Both the position numbers and the translations under genes were made by a program. Below, piece by piece: positions 14,180-26,707 of a stretch of 64,000 nucleotides of DNA. How positions within the stretch are numbered: the first letter of the stretch is position 1; each line of letters opens with the position of its first letter. The DNA lies in contig OZ024753.1 of the NCBI GenBank assembly GCA_964016885.1, forward strand, positions 30,442,001 through 30,506,000, read 5' to 3'. Below the pieces are notes generated by a model. It saw nothing but the letters and a program-made list of their open reading frames with translations, searched no databases and was not told the DNA's origin. Source of the DNA: Eledone cirrhosa (lineage: Eukaryota).

Positions 14180-14269
14180 ACATATCTGAGGAGCTTCTGA
14201 TTCCAGAGTGAGGTTCGATCATTAATAGATCATTCCTCGAGCTGATTGACAGTGAAACATGTAATATGT
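14180..14269 (+). ncRNA. Type I hammerhead ribozyme motif with long stem II
   Basis: Stem I ACATAT/ATATGT, core CTGAGGA, GAAA, palindromic stem III ACATGT, GUA site; AATAAA directly after. Confidence 0.6.
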
Positions 14270-15259
14270 AATAAATATGTATATGATGACATACTGATTC
14301 TTTGTTCATTTATATATTAATATTATTGATACTCTGCTCCCCAAGAGCATTGAGTGCTTACCCGGCCTACCGCCTATGGACGCAATTAACTTGCACCTTA
14401 ACACACATATATTTATATCTATATCTATCTAGGGTGGGTAAAATTCCCAAGGCCCATGGATGAGTTCTCTCCAGCAGTCTGTCCTTCATCATCAGTCATG
14501 TCCTGCATCTCTAAAAGACCTGTCTGTCCTTAGGGCATCAACATATGTCACCCTCGGTCTCCCTCTTCTCGTGTGTCTCTGTAGGGGCTCCCACAGAGGC
14601 ACTGAGTGCAGTGTCAACTCTGAATGTCGGTGACTCTGTGTTACTTTCGAGCTGACTTTTGGGAGGCTCCCGTACAGCTCCGAGTTCTTCATCCTCAGTG
14701 GATACTGATTAATGTTCAGAGCCATCCTCAGCAATCTCATGTAGCTCCCATCCACCATCTGAGTGAGTTTCTTGGTCAGTGTCCAAGTCTCAGACCCGTA
14801 CAGTGGCAGAGACGGATCTTCAGATACATGAATTTTCTTCCAAACAATGGTGCTTGAAGAGTAATATTTATATATCTTAGCTACAGCACAGGACCAGTAA
14901 TATATCTCAACATAAACAATACTCTTTTCTAATTGAAAATCAACAAAGTTTCAAAAGCAAATAATTATAACCAAAATAATTTCCTTATCTCTCAGTAGTA
15001 GTAGTAGAACCTTTGAGATAAGTATTGAAATTGTCCAAACATTAGGTTATGTGCTTGATAACAAAACATTTATCTTCCACGAAGCGGGGGCTTCGTGGAA
15101 GATAAATGTTTTGTTATCAAACCTAATGTTTGGACAATTTCAATACTTATCTATAGAAAAACAAAAATGAAACACCTAAAAAAGAACTGTTATCTTAATG
15201 GAATTTAAATATATAGTCTTTGTGATATAGTTTTCTAGGCCAACATCACCAGTTGATAA

Positions 15260-15912
15260 CATTGACAGGCTGGCTAAAAGAATGGGTCAATACTGACAGG
15301 GCTGGCTGTGGAAGTGAGTCTACTCTGACAGGCTGGCTGTGGAAGTGAGTCTACTCTGACAGGCTGGCTGTGGAAGTGAGTCTACTCTGACAGGCTGGCT
15401 GTGGAAGTGAGTCTACTCTGACAGGCTGGCTGTGGAAGTGAGTCTACTCTGACAGGCTGGCTGTGGAAGTGAGTCTACTCTGACAGGCTGGCTGTGGAAG
15501 TGAGTCTACTCTGACAGGCTGGCTGTGGAAGTGAGTCAATATTGACAGAGTTGGCTCTAGAAATAAGTAAAGATTGACAGAGTTGGCTCTAGAAATAAGT
15601 AAAGATTGACAGGACTGGTTGTGGAAATAGGTCAACGTTGACAAGGTTGGCTGAGGAAGGACATGAGCCAACATTGACATGGTTGGTTGGCTGTGGAAAT
15701 ATGTCAAGATTGTCAGGGGGCTGCGGAACTGAGTCAACAGACAGGATTGACAGAGGTGTAGAAATAAGTTAAGATTGATAGGTTGGTTGTAGAGATGAGT
15801 CAATGTTGACAGGGATGCTTTGGAAATGAGTCAACATTGACAGAGTTGTCTATAAAAATGACTCAACAGTGACAGGCTGGCTGTGGAAATGAGTCAACAT
15901 TGACAAGGTTGG
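15260..15912. repeat. 31-bp minisatellite with a homogeneous core (about 8 copies) and a degenerate flank
   Basis: Unit GACAGGCTGGCTGTGGAAGTGAGTCTACTCT. Confidence 0.93.
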
Positions 15913-18900
15913 TCAAGGAATTGTTTTAATAGAATTTGACAGTTTGACCAAGGAATTGAGTTGACAGTAATAAAATCTCCAAACCAAAAGAAGTATTAAA
16001 AAGAAAAGAAAAGGAAAAAAAAAACAAGTCCACAATTTAAAATTCATCTTTTTTAACAACAATAATAATATAGAAACATACACAACTAGTGCTTTAGTAA
16101 TCAATGATAAAGGAATATAACAAATTTTGTTTAAAAAAAAACAAGAAAAATCAATGACTAATACATTCAGTAAGGGTTGGTTGGTTGGTTGATTTTGTTT
16201 GTAGTTTGTTACTAAAAGTTGGTACAAAATGCAGTCAACGCTTTAGGTATTCAGCAGTAACTAATGGTAACTACTCAGACCAGTTGTTTTTTTTTTTAGT
16301 TTTTCTCCCCCCAAAGATTAACATCAACAAACAAAAAATAAAGTTAACAAGTATCATAAATTGGTCGGATTCTGCTTTCAGGAATGGAAATATGGCAGAT
16401 CTGCCACCATCCAGTGTTTTTGCCGGACATTGGAACGGATTTCTGTTTGGAGTAGTACTGAACGATTTAATGGTAGGTTTGCAAGTTGCAACCAGTGAAC
16501 AACTAAAATATAACCAACAACAGATGGTAGTAAACTACAAAGATGATGAAGTGGGGGTTGGGTAGGGGGATTGCTTAAACTTGGAACAAATAAATGTATA
16601 GCATAACATTTTAATGTTCCATATAAAGGGAGACAGAAAAAGAAGAAAAAATACCTTTCAAGTACCATTTGTATAAAGGAAATGAAGCAGTAAGAAAATT
16701 AGTCGCACCAAATCACACAAAATGTTTTCAGTTTGAAATACTTAAAAAAATGAAACATATAAATGCGTACTGGTGTATATATATGTTATACATGCCCCAG
16801 AATTAGATAAATAAACGGAGATGTGCGTGCATGAACTTTATAGAAGTAAAATGAATAGTTTACTGAAACGACAGTGGAACACAAATATTATCTGTCCAAA
16901 CTACAACAATTAAATTTCCTTGAAGGTAGTTTCGACATTTTTTATAACAAATAATAAAAAACACAATATTCAGGTTAGGTTCACAAAATCTCTGTTATCA
17001 AGACTCCAATGGAATTTATATACTTCATAACTAATAAGAAAAAATATTCATGAGAAAAAAAAAATGACTTTTTCAAAAAGTCAAAATACATTTTATCATC
17101 AAGTTATATTTCCCGTTAGCAATTTAAAGCTGGTATTGCTTAAATACTGGAATAATTCTGGCCAGTAAGGGCTGTGTTTTCACAGAATTTGATAGACACA
17201 AATATTTAACAAAGAGGAAGGAAGCTATACACAGTGTTTCAAATAAAGACAGTTTTCTGCCATTTAAAAGTCCAATGAATTAATCAAAAAAGACAAAAAA
17301 GATAATTAGAAACATTTTTTCTTGAATTTTTTTTTTTAGAAATATGAAAAACTGTGTAAAATGTGATATTAATGTCTAAACCCAGTAAGTTATTTTTTTG
17401 TTAGTTTTTTTTATAGTTTTTTTTATGTAATAAAACTATCAGAGCAATCCTAACAAATACAGCAAATAGAGGCAAAAATTGAAAAAAAAAAAAATACTGC
17501 TTGCATTCTGTTTATTGTTTTTATTTAAAGAAATTATTTTGAACCATTTCCCCCTTTTTATTTGTTTTAAGAATTCCACCAAATAGTATAACAAACAATG
17601 TCACACACCAAACATTATCAAGCTGACTAGAAACATCAGATGCAGATGATAAATTATTGGGGAGCAAACATTAGGTTACCGGTAGAACATTAGGGACCAG
17701 TAAAAAGATATGTGTATGTATGCTGCACATATAGGGGTTTAGAGCAGATCTCCTAAAATGTAATAATAATAATAATTTAAAAAAAAGCTCCAAATAATTA
17801 AGTAACAAGAGGAAGAAATTCCAACCAGATTTTAAAGAAAAAAAAAATGAACTCCGGAGATTACATTGCTTTTCATGAAGGAAATTTTTTTTTTTTTTTT
17901 TTTTTTTAAATTCAAACACATCACAAAGTTCTTTCTCTCAGTAAAGAGTATAAATGATACATTGCATGCTGTTAAGTTGAGTTATGGAGACATGTATGGA
18001 CCTAAAACTCCTGATGGAGTCGTAGGGATGCCGTAATGATATACAGCATGTCCTGGGCATTTTAAAACCCGACGGAGCCCATCTCCTCTCCAGGTCTGAA
18101 CACACTTCCTGAGAAGGAGAGTGATAGAGAAATGAGAAAAAGATATAGAGGAAGAATCGACCCCAGTACAAGACTGGTACTTTTTTTATTGATCTCAAAA
18201 GGATGAAAGGCAAAGTTGACCTCGGTGAGATTAGAACTCAGAGTGTAGAGTCGGAACAAATACCACAAAGCATTCTATCTGACATTCTAATGACTCTGAT
18301 AATTTGTAGCCTTATAGAGACATATAAGAGACATCAATTGACGACACAACAGGCAGTGAAGCAGATTACTAATAATAATAACTGAAGCTCCTTATGGATA
18401 CTAGAAGCAGTAATGAAACATTTTCACAGCCTACACAATTCTGTAAAGAGGATGACTTAAACTTAAAACATAAATCTCTAGTTACACAAATAAAATTAGT
18501 TCATACATAATTTGCATGATTCAAAGGGCCCTCATATACATATGAACTAAAACTAAGGTTACTAGAATAAATGTGAAATCTGTGTGCTATTAGTATATAA
18601 AAAAACAAACCATGATTTTTAAAACTGAAAATTTAATAAAATAATATTTTTTTTTGTTTTTGTTCTGAAGGTGACTTGACTTTCTTTAAAATAAATGTTT
18701 TGATATCCCATCTATACCCATGGTTATCTAATAATTTAATTTCTTGGTTTTATCTGTTCATGAAAATGTTGAGAAAAGAACATATATTTCAGAAGAGAGA
18801 CAAGTAGGAAACAATTGAAATATTTGACTGCTATATATGAAGCAATCTACACCAACAGTCGGCCATCCTACAGCCAGTGTCTTATCATCATTGTTTCACC

Positions 18901-21355
18901 AAACTGGAACTCCACGTGGGTGGATAAGACTTGATAAGATAAAATGTGAGTAAATGTAGAAAGATCTCATTAGATTGGAACCTTTGAAAGATGTTTCTTC
19001 ATAACTGACAAATGAGGTGTAAGATAAAGTTGACAATGTGAAAGAATTTTCCACCACCTTCCAACATTATCACATTAACAAAGACAGCAGATGAAAAAAA
19101 AAAAAATAACTGAAAAATAAACAGTTTAGTATTGTTTGTTTTCTTAAGACTAAAGTAAAAATATCTATGAAAATAAAAACCTAAAATAAAAATACAAAAA
19201 AAAAAATGAAACCTTGAAACTATTCCTGAAATGATAATACAGAAACAAAATAGGGTACATTTTTTAGAATTGCAAAATACAAAAAAAAATATATATAAAG
19301 AAAAATATTCATTCGAATATAAAATCATGACTGTCAGTCCTTTTGAATTTTTCATTATTTAGTTTTTTTTTTCAAATTTTGTTTTTTTACTATTTCAATA
19401 GATATTATCAAAACACATGAGAACCAATACAGAGAAAGGAGTTTGACCACATGAGAAAAGAATATCTATTCTTTCACTAAAAATCTAATAATTATTGCTT
19501 TTATTTTCCTCAAATAATAATATTGGATTGTAATCTCTAAGGGAACTGTTAAATTGTGTTAAGGTGATAGCAGTAATCTTTTGTAAGTTCATAAGAATGG
19601 CAGATTTCTTCTTAAGTACATTAACTATAATCTAAAGCAGTTGTGTAAGTAAATATAAATAATAGAAGGCTAGAACATAAGATATGCCCTAATCAAATAA
19701 GAGTCTGTGCATTAACAACATAATCTGCTTGATATTTACTTAGTATCATGGAATGGTCAAGATTTAAGAATATTTTCACACCATGCTGTGTTCAAAGCCA
19801 ATTTTTGTTGATTTATACCAGGGAATGATTAAAGCTAAATACATTTCTACGATGGAATGATTGAGATACAAACACTGTAATGTTTATATTTGGAAATGGT
19901 TATAGACTAAAAATGTCATATTTATATAAATGGAATGTTTTAGTTGTGACTAAGTATTAGCTAATTTATTCTAAGGAATGCCTAAGTAAATAAAAAAAAA
20001 AAAGACTGACCTTATTTCTAGCAAATATTTTTTGTTAGTGGGCAAGGTTTAAGTGAAAAGCAACATTAAAAGGAAATGATAATTTGACAATATTTTTTGT
20101 CCCTTTTTTTCATGTAAAGTATTTTTCCCAATTTCTTTTTTATTACAACTTAACATACGGCAGTCCGTATAACTGTGTTTAACAGTTTGAAAGTATCACA
20201 ATGGATACAAAGTTTGGTGAGTTAACAATTTAGTAGCTATTTAACATTTAAACCCTCTGTCTGTGTATAATGCTGCTGCCATACATACAACAGCTGTGTT
20301 AAATCTTAACTCTTTAAGTCACACCAAACTCTAAAATTTTGTTCAGAAAACTCAAACAAAAACCAAAAGCTACATGTTATATAAGATTGAACCACTTCTT
20401 TTACTGCTTCAAATTAAACTTTTCAACTAGAACAGCTACTAAGACATCTGACTTCAGCCAAAAAAAAAATAGACAAAATGAACAAGGTGTGATCAAACAA
20501 TGGTGGGGAATCGGCTAACAAAATAGGAATCTTCTGAACAGAGTAAATTAAGAAGAAAAGATGAAGCTACACAGAATAACTGATCTGATTAGATTCATTG
20601 AAGTATTCATGTTTAGAATACTGATACCAGCAATACAGCCCAACAGTTTGTGTGCGTAGAGAGAATAGTTATTACTTTTAAACATATTTCAAGGGCATGT
20701 GTTATGTGTGTATATATATATGTATGAACACATGCTTGCATATATATATATATGTATATTCTTACGGAAATATTTCATATATATATATATATACACACAT
20801 GCATATATATATGCAGATGAATGAGCTGGTATTAAACCCAACGTAACTCGAGTATCTGCATATACCGCTGTTGTGAACTTATATATATACATAATGTATA
20901 TGTTTATATATATATAGATGTATATGTTTATATATATATAGATGTATATGTTTATATATATATGTATATGTACATATATATATATATATGCATGCATATA
21001 TTTAATTATTATATTTAGTCCTTGTTATTTGTGGATGGCTAAATTACATTGGTTTACAAAATGATTTCATCAACATTCTTCTTCATTTATGTTCAACTGA
21101 CGCCATGCTGATTTTTTAACAATAGGTTTTGAAAAGTTAATAATGCATAAAAGGTTTAAGATGTTTAATGAAAAAAAAACAAAAATGATTAAGAGAAAGA
21201 ACATTTTAAAGGAAACATATCACCCAGCCCCACTCTCCAAAAAGAAGTCAACAACAGGGAAATTGAAATGGTAACTAGCATCATTTAACAAATATATGCT
21301 CTGGAGAAAATAGTGGATATATCATAATGGAGGTTTTTTTTCGTTACAGTTCACA

Positions 21356-21624
21356 TGACCTCAGATTTCTAAGGGAGTTGTGTATACTTTATTGAAGGGC
21401 AATTACCAGCAGAAGTGAAATAAACCCTTAAGTTGTGAACTTGGCTTACCGACAGCTTCTTTCTCTATATGAATGGTGTTCATTATAGAGGTATGAATTG
21501 ACCTCAGATTTCTAAGGGAGGTATTGAAGGGCAATTACCAGCAGAAGTGAAATAAACCTTTAAGTTGTGAAAGTTGGCTTACTGAGAGCCTCTTTCTCTA
21601 TATGGTGTTCATTATAGTGGTATG
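21356..21624. repeat. Tandem direct duplication of about 130-140 bp
   Basis: TGACCTCAGATTTCTAAGGGAG...GGTGTTCATTATAG occurs twice with small indels. Confidence 0.85.
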
Positions 21625-22696
21625 TAATGTAGAGTGGAACACAACAGTACCAACTGGTTACCAAAATTATAATTTATTTAATCTCTAAGAAAATAGGTCA
21701 TTTTTTTTTTCTCCCCTATGTATTGAAAGTTTGATCATGAACGATTACCCAATTTAGCATCATCATCGTTTTACATCTGCTTTTCTATGCTTAACCCTTT
21801 AGCATTTAAACCGGCTGTATACGGCCAGTATTTTCTCACCTCTTTCTGTTAAAACGAGCTGTAACTGGCCACTCATTCTAATGTTAAGGTATTGTTCTCA
21901 AAATAAATATCAAAATTTCATAGATTCGATAGAAAAATTGTGAATAAATTTGCAACACTAGTTTTTGTTCAAATCAATGGTAAACAGAGTAATGAAGAGA
22001 ATATTAGGATCCACACCTTTATACAACAAATTCAACACTGCATTGTGTGGTGAGTTGTAACCCTTTAGCACTAAAACATCCATTTCTGATCAAACTAGCT
22101 GTAACTGGCCACTCATACTGATGTTAAGATATTGTTCTCAAAATAAATCTCAAAATGTCATTGATTCGATATTATGTGAGATAACTGAGATAAAGCCTTT
22201 ACCCTGAAAATACAAAAGTAAATATAGAATAATGTAAATGCTAAAGGGTTCGTGTCTACATGGGATTATAAATTTGAATGTATAGATTAGATAAAGATAA
22301 AAATTAAATGAGAAAAAAAAAAAAAAACCCTAAAAAAAAATAGCCAAAAGTAAGTGATAAAAAAGAAAATATTTTTTGTTTTGTTTAGTTCATTAGCAGA
22401 TTGAATGATTGTGGGTTCTGGCCATGCTGGAGCACCATTAGTTTCACTCTAAACTAGTTAATTCAACACCTTAATCAACTATATATATCCAGGAGCATAG
22501 AAAACACTGCACCTATTTAACATATTCTGTATTAAAAAAACCCACTGCAATTATAAAACATATCCATTAGCATGAAATCATTGCACTTAAGTTAGAAACC
22601 AATAAAAATCACAAATATAATGAAGTGATGAAGTGTTACAGATATGTAGAATTATGTCTTAGAAGATTTAATGACATGTCCCTAATTTATTTTAAG

Positions 22697-22736
<40 letters not shown>

Positions 22737-22970
22737 CCTGTATATATATATGTAATATATATATATATCATATTTTATATATAATATATATATATATGAT
22801 ATATAATATATATATGTGTGTGTATGTATGTATGTATTCATTCACTTGATAATTACAATAATTTTAAGTTCCATACTAAATTCTAATTAATTTTTGCATT
22901 CAGCTTAGTTGTCACCTATGAAGTATCTAATTGTTGTTCTTATATATATATATATATATATATTACATAA

Positions 22971-23002
<32 letters not shown>

Positions 23003-24474
23003 TCCCAGGTTCAGTCGGGGGTAACCACAGTAAATAAGATACTCAATACATTTGTAGAGTGTAAACATCATGTTTAATATAGAAATGGCTTCTACAGGAC
23101 TAGAACTGTTTAATTCCTGATGATTTCTTTTGAATGAAACAGTACTAGTCCAGTAGAAGCCATTTCTATATTAAACATGATATATATATATGTGTATATA
23201 TATATCATGTTTGTGTATATATATATCATGTTTGTGTATATATATATATATATATATATCATGTTTATATATATATATCATGTATATATATATATATATC
23301 ATGTATATATATATATATATCATGTATATATATATATATATCATGTATATATATATATATATATCATGTGTGTATCTATATATATATATCATGTGTGTAT
23401 CTATATATATATATCATGTGTGTATCTATATATATATATCATGTGTGTATCTATATATATATATCATGTGTGTATCTATATATATGTGTATATATATATA
23501 CACGTGATCTATATATATATCATATGTATATATATATGTGTATATATCATGTGTGTATATATCATGTGTGTATATATCATGTGTGTATATATCATGTGTA
23601 TATATATCATGTGTATATATATCATGTGTATATATCATGTGTGTATATATCATATGTATATATCATGTGTATATATCATATGTGTATATATCATATGTGT
23701 ATATATATGTGTATATATATATGTATATATATATATATCATGTGTATATACATATATAAAGACAAAATCAATAGTTTATAGATTCCAACTGAACAGAAAA
23801 CAAAAATTAATTAGAATTTAGAATGGAACTTAAAATTATCTTATTTATTAAATAAATGTAATTTGGAAGGGTGTGATAAAATCAATGAAAATTGAATGAT
23901 GTTATATTATTTTAAGATATAAAAATCCTGAATAAGAAAACTTCCCTAATGTGATTTAAAGGGTTGGGGATTTCTCATTAATAAATAAAAAATGATGTGT
24001 ATACCCTTCACACATAGGAAAAAGTTATTTTCAAGAGAAATAATTCAAAATTATATATTGTAAATTGTAAATGGTGCTTTGGTCCTTAAAACGATGATTG
24101 TGAATTATAATGTAAAAACAGAGTTTCATTTCAAATTTAGAAGAGCTTCCAAATTTTGAATAGAATGTGGTTTTTTTTCATCTACAACACCTTCACTTCA
24201 AACACATCCCATTTGCTTCAATGTAGAGAAAAAGAAAATAATCATTACATTGTTGTAAATATAGTGATTAAAGTTGGGGTGGTACAGATGGTTGTGAAAA
24301 CTGGATAACAGATAGCTTCAAACCATCAATTAAAAATGTAAAATATATAGTTTTTAATGAGAGAGGTTGATGAAGAAATGTGTGGGAGGGGGCTGAAACA
24401 GAGAGAGAAAGTGTGTATGTATGTGTGTGTGTGTGTAAGTGGAGAAAAAAAAATATATCAAAGAGCTTTCTTTT

Positions 24475-25965
24475 TTAGGCTTCAGAAGAAGGCTCAATGT
24501 CACAGTCATCAACATCTTCAAGTTCATCCTCATCAACATCATCACCTTGTTTATCTCTTTTCTCAACAGCATCAGCTTCAACTCCTTCTCCAACACGTTT
24601 TCGTTTCCTTTGCTTAAACTTTCTATGAGGGGGTGGCAAGGGCTCCATGTCAAGTACCTTGCGGATTCTTCTAAAAGCTATCAGTCTAAGCATGTGTTGA
24701 GCAGCAGCGGTAATATCCTCTCGGTCCTGAGCAGTCATTTCCATGATAGGGTCAGAAGGTTCTCTTTCACAAGGGTCGTATAGACCCTGGCATGATGGTA
24801 ATATTATTCCGGCAGCTAGACACTCAAAAACTCTACGAAGTGCGTTGCCAGGCCCGAGCACTGCTCTGACGCTGCCTAAACATTTTTCTACCAACAGTTC
24901 CATAGCCCACAGATTTAAATTAGACCAAAGTGGAATCCTTTGAGATAAATCGCGTAAAATCCGCAACACCACTAAACAGTTAGGTAGTCCGCGTGCTCGT
25001 GCCTGAAACCATTTGGCACGCCTGAGTTCAGCTAATGCATTTAAACAAATTTCTCTATCCAATACATCAGGTGGTTCAGATTCCTCGATGTGCGCATCAG
25101 AATGGGTGTTCAATGCCTCAGTTTCATTATCTATTTTGTTACTACTTTCCTCTCCAGTAGTCTGAACATCCCTTTCTTCGGGGGTCTGGTCAGATCCTTC
25201 TCCTGGTGTTTTACAATCGCTATTATTTGCTTCCTGTTGTCCTTCATCGCCTCCAGGGACGACCGTCCTGTCCATATTCTCCCTCATAATCGGTGATGTC
25301 AAAGAAATTTTACAGCTTATCTTTGGTTCTTTTACTCGAATTACTAAAATAGCAGCCTGTGCGACATTAATCTCCAGCTCATATTTTTCTTCTGTAACAA
25401 GAGATAATTGAGAAGGGAAGCATTCATATATTTGATTGAGCAAAGTTTCGGTGGGCTTTCCTGCAGATAACGCTACAAGTTCGACACAAGTATCAGTTTG
25501 TAATAAAAGCCCATGACCAAACACACCAACGCGTTGGACACCTCTCAGAGAACGATATACATCATCTTGATTGTTATTTTGTTTTGAAGTGTTACTATTT
25601 GGTTTGTTTACCTTAGTGTCTGCCTCTACAGACTCCGTAGTCGACTGCTTATCCTCTTCCTCTTTACGGGTTTCACTATCTACAGACGGTAGTACTGCGT
25701 TTGTAGAGAGTTTATCTGATACTAATTTAAGAGCTTTCTCACAAGCAATAACCATTTTTTGAAAAGCAGGCAATTCAGCAGGGTATAGACTGGCATGTTT
25801 AGCCATGACATGTCGATCATCTGAAGACTTCGGTTGACGAGCATGCCACGGAGGTGGAGGAAAAAAAGGCATTGGGGGTTGTGGCACTGAACCTCGTTTG
25901 TTAAATGGTCGAAAGCGGTTTGGTTTTCCACCATCACCTTTCGTAGATTTTCCTGTTACAGCCAT
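24475..25965 (-). CDS. Intronless DZF-domain protein, ZFR/ILF3/STRBP family (ZFR-like, lacking zinc fingers and dsRBDs); probable retrogene
   Basis: Uninterrupted 496-aa ORF with the DZF motifs of ZFR/NF90 in order: SSDDRHVMAKHASLYP, EKALKLVSD, LRGVQRVG, SLTSPIMRE, PPDVLDREICLNALAELRRAKWFQARA, WAMELLVEK, ALRRVFECLAAGIILP, GLYDPCE, REDITAAAQHMLRLIAFRRIRKVL. Followed by a basic NLS-like KQRKRKR and an acidic tail. In-frame TAA about 11 codons upstream of the ATG. Confidence 0.92.
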   Translation of the reverse strand: MAVTGKSTKGDGGKPNRFRPFNKRGSVPQPPMPFFPPPPWHARQPKSSDDRHVMAKHASLYPAELPAFQKMVIACEKALKLVSDKLSTNAVLPSVDSETRKEEEDKQSTTESVEADTKVNKPNSNTSKQNNNQDDVYRSLRGVQRVGVFGHGLLLQTDTCVELVALSAGKPTETLLNQIYECFPSQLSLVTEEKYELEINVAQAAILVIRVKEPKISCKISLTSPIMRENMDRTVVPGGDEGQQEANNSDCKTPGEGSDQTPEERDVQTTGEESSNKIDNETEALNTHSDAHIEESEPPDVLDREICLNALAELRRAKWFQARARGLPNCLVVLRILRDLSQRIPLWSNLNLWAMELLVEKCLGSVRAVLGPGNALRRVFECLAAGIILPSCQGLYDPCEREPSDPIMEMTAQDREDITAAAQHMLRLIAFRRIRKVLDMEPLPPPHRKFKQRKRKRVGEGVEADAVEKRDKQGDDVDEDELEDVDDCDIEPSSEA

Positions 25966-26401
25966 TGGTTTTAAAATGTATTTCTGCTTATGAATTTATA
26001 TGAGTAACTGTGTTTAAAGTATATTTTTTTCTGGTGAATGAGAACAATTATTACGTGTTTATTTCAGATAAGTTGCTATAAGTAATCAGGAACAACACTA
26101 AAATGTTGCTGATGGTTGTATTACTACTGATCGTCCGTGTATCAGGAATGGCAATACTAACAAGTATAATGCTTGAATGATTAGCACGAAAGTATAACTG
26201 ATATTCTAATAATTTCGGCACTTATATCAACAGCAAGAAAGGACGGGATAAATATTAATTAAAAAAGAAGAAATAAAGAAAGTTACTGACGGAATCCCAC
26301 GCGGCGGCGCCCGTTGCTTGGCTCGGTGCTCTCCCTTGGCAGTCGAGATTCTCGTGCGACTTTACACACAACACTTCTCTTCTCTCACTCGCTGATAAAA
26401 T
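25966..26401. promoter_or_regulatory. Bidirectional promoter / 5' UTR region shared by the DZF gene and LAMTOR3
   Basis: 436 bp between divergent ATGs. CpG/GC-rich patch at about 26290-26360 (CCACGCGGCGGCGCCCGTTG) in an otherwise AT-rich background. YY1-like ATGGCGG overlaps the LAMTOR3 start. Confidence 0.7.
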
Positions 26402-26410
26402 ATGGCGGAG
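26402..26410 (+). CDS. LAMTOR3: LAMTOR3 coding exon 1 (MAE)
   Basis: ATGGCGGAG followed by donor GTAGGT, just downstream of a GC-rich patch. Confidence 0.8.
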
Positions 26411-26664
26411 GTAGGTGTCATGCAAGTCCATAGATTCACCTTTCTACACATTTTATTTCCAACATAATATTTCTTTCTGCATTTTTGGGGGCTGTGTATA
26501 AATTTTTAATGTTTATTTTGCTGATGAGTTCTTAAATATAAATGTTAAACATACAGGTTTGTTATATACTCGATTGAATAATTTAGCTTTTGTATACTGA
26601 TCGAAATATTGTTTTAATAATTTATTTAAAATTCTGTTTACAAATAACGTGCCTACTTATTTAC

Positions 26665-26707
<43 letters not shown>

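Noticed and set aside
24354-25762. Short ORFs overlapping the DZF gene in other frames or on the other strand
   Set aside because: Shadow ORFs of the real CDS, with no independent motifs.
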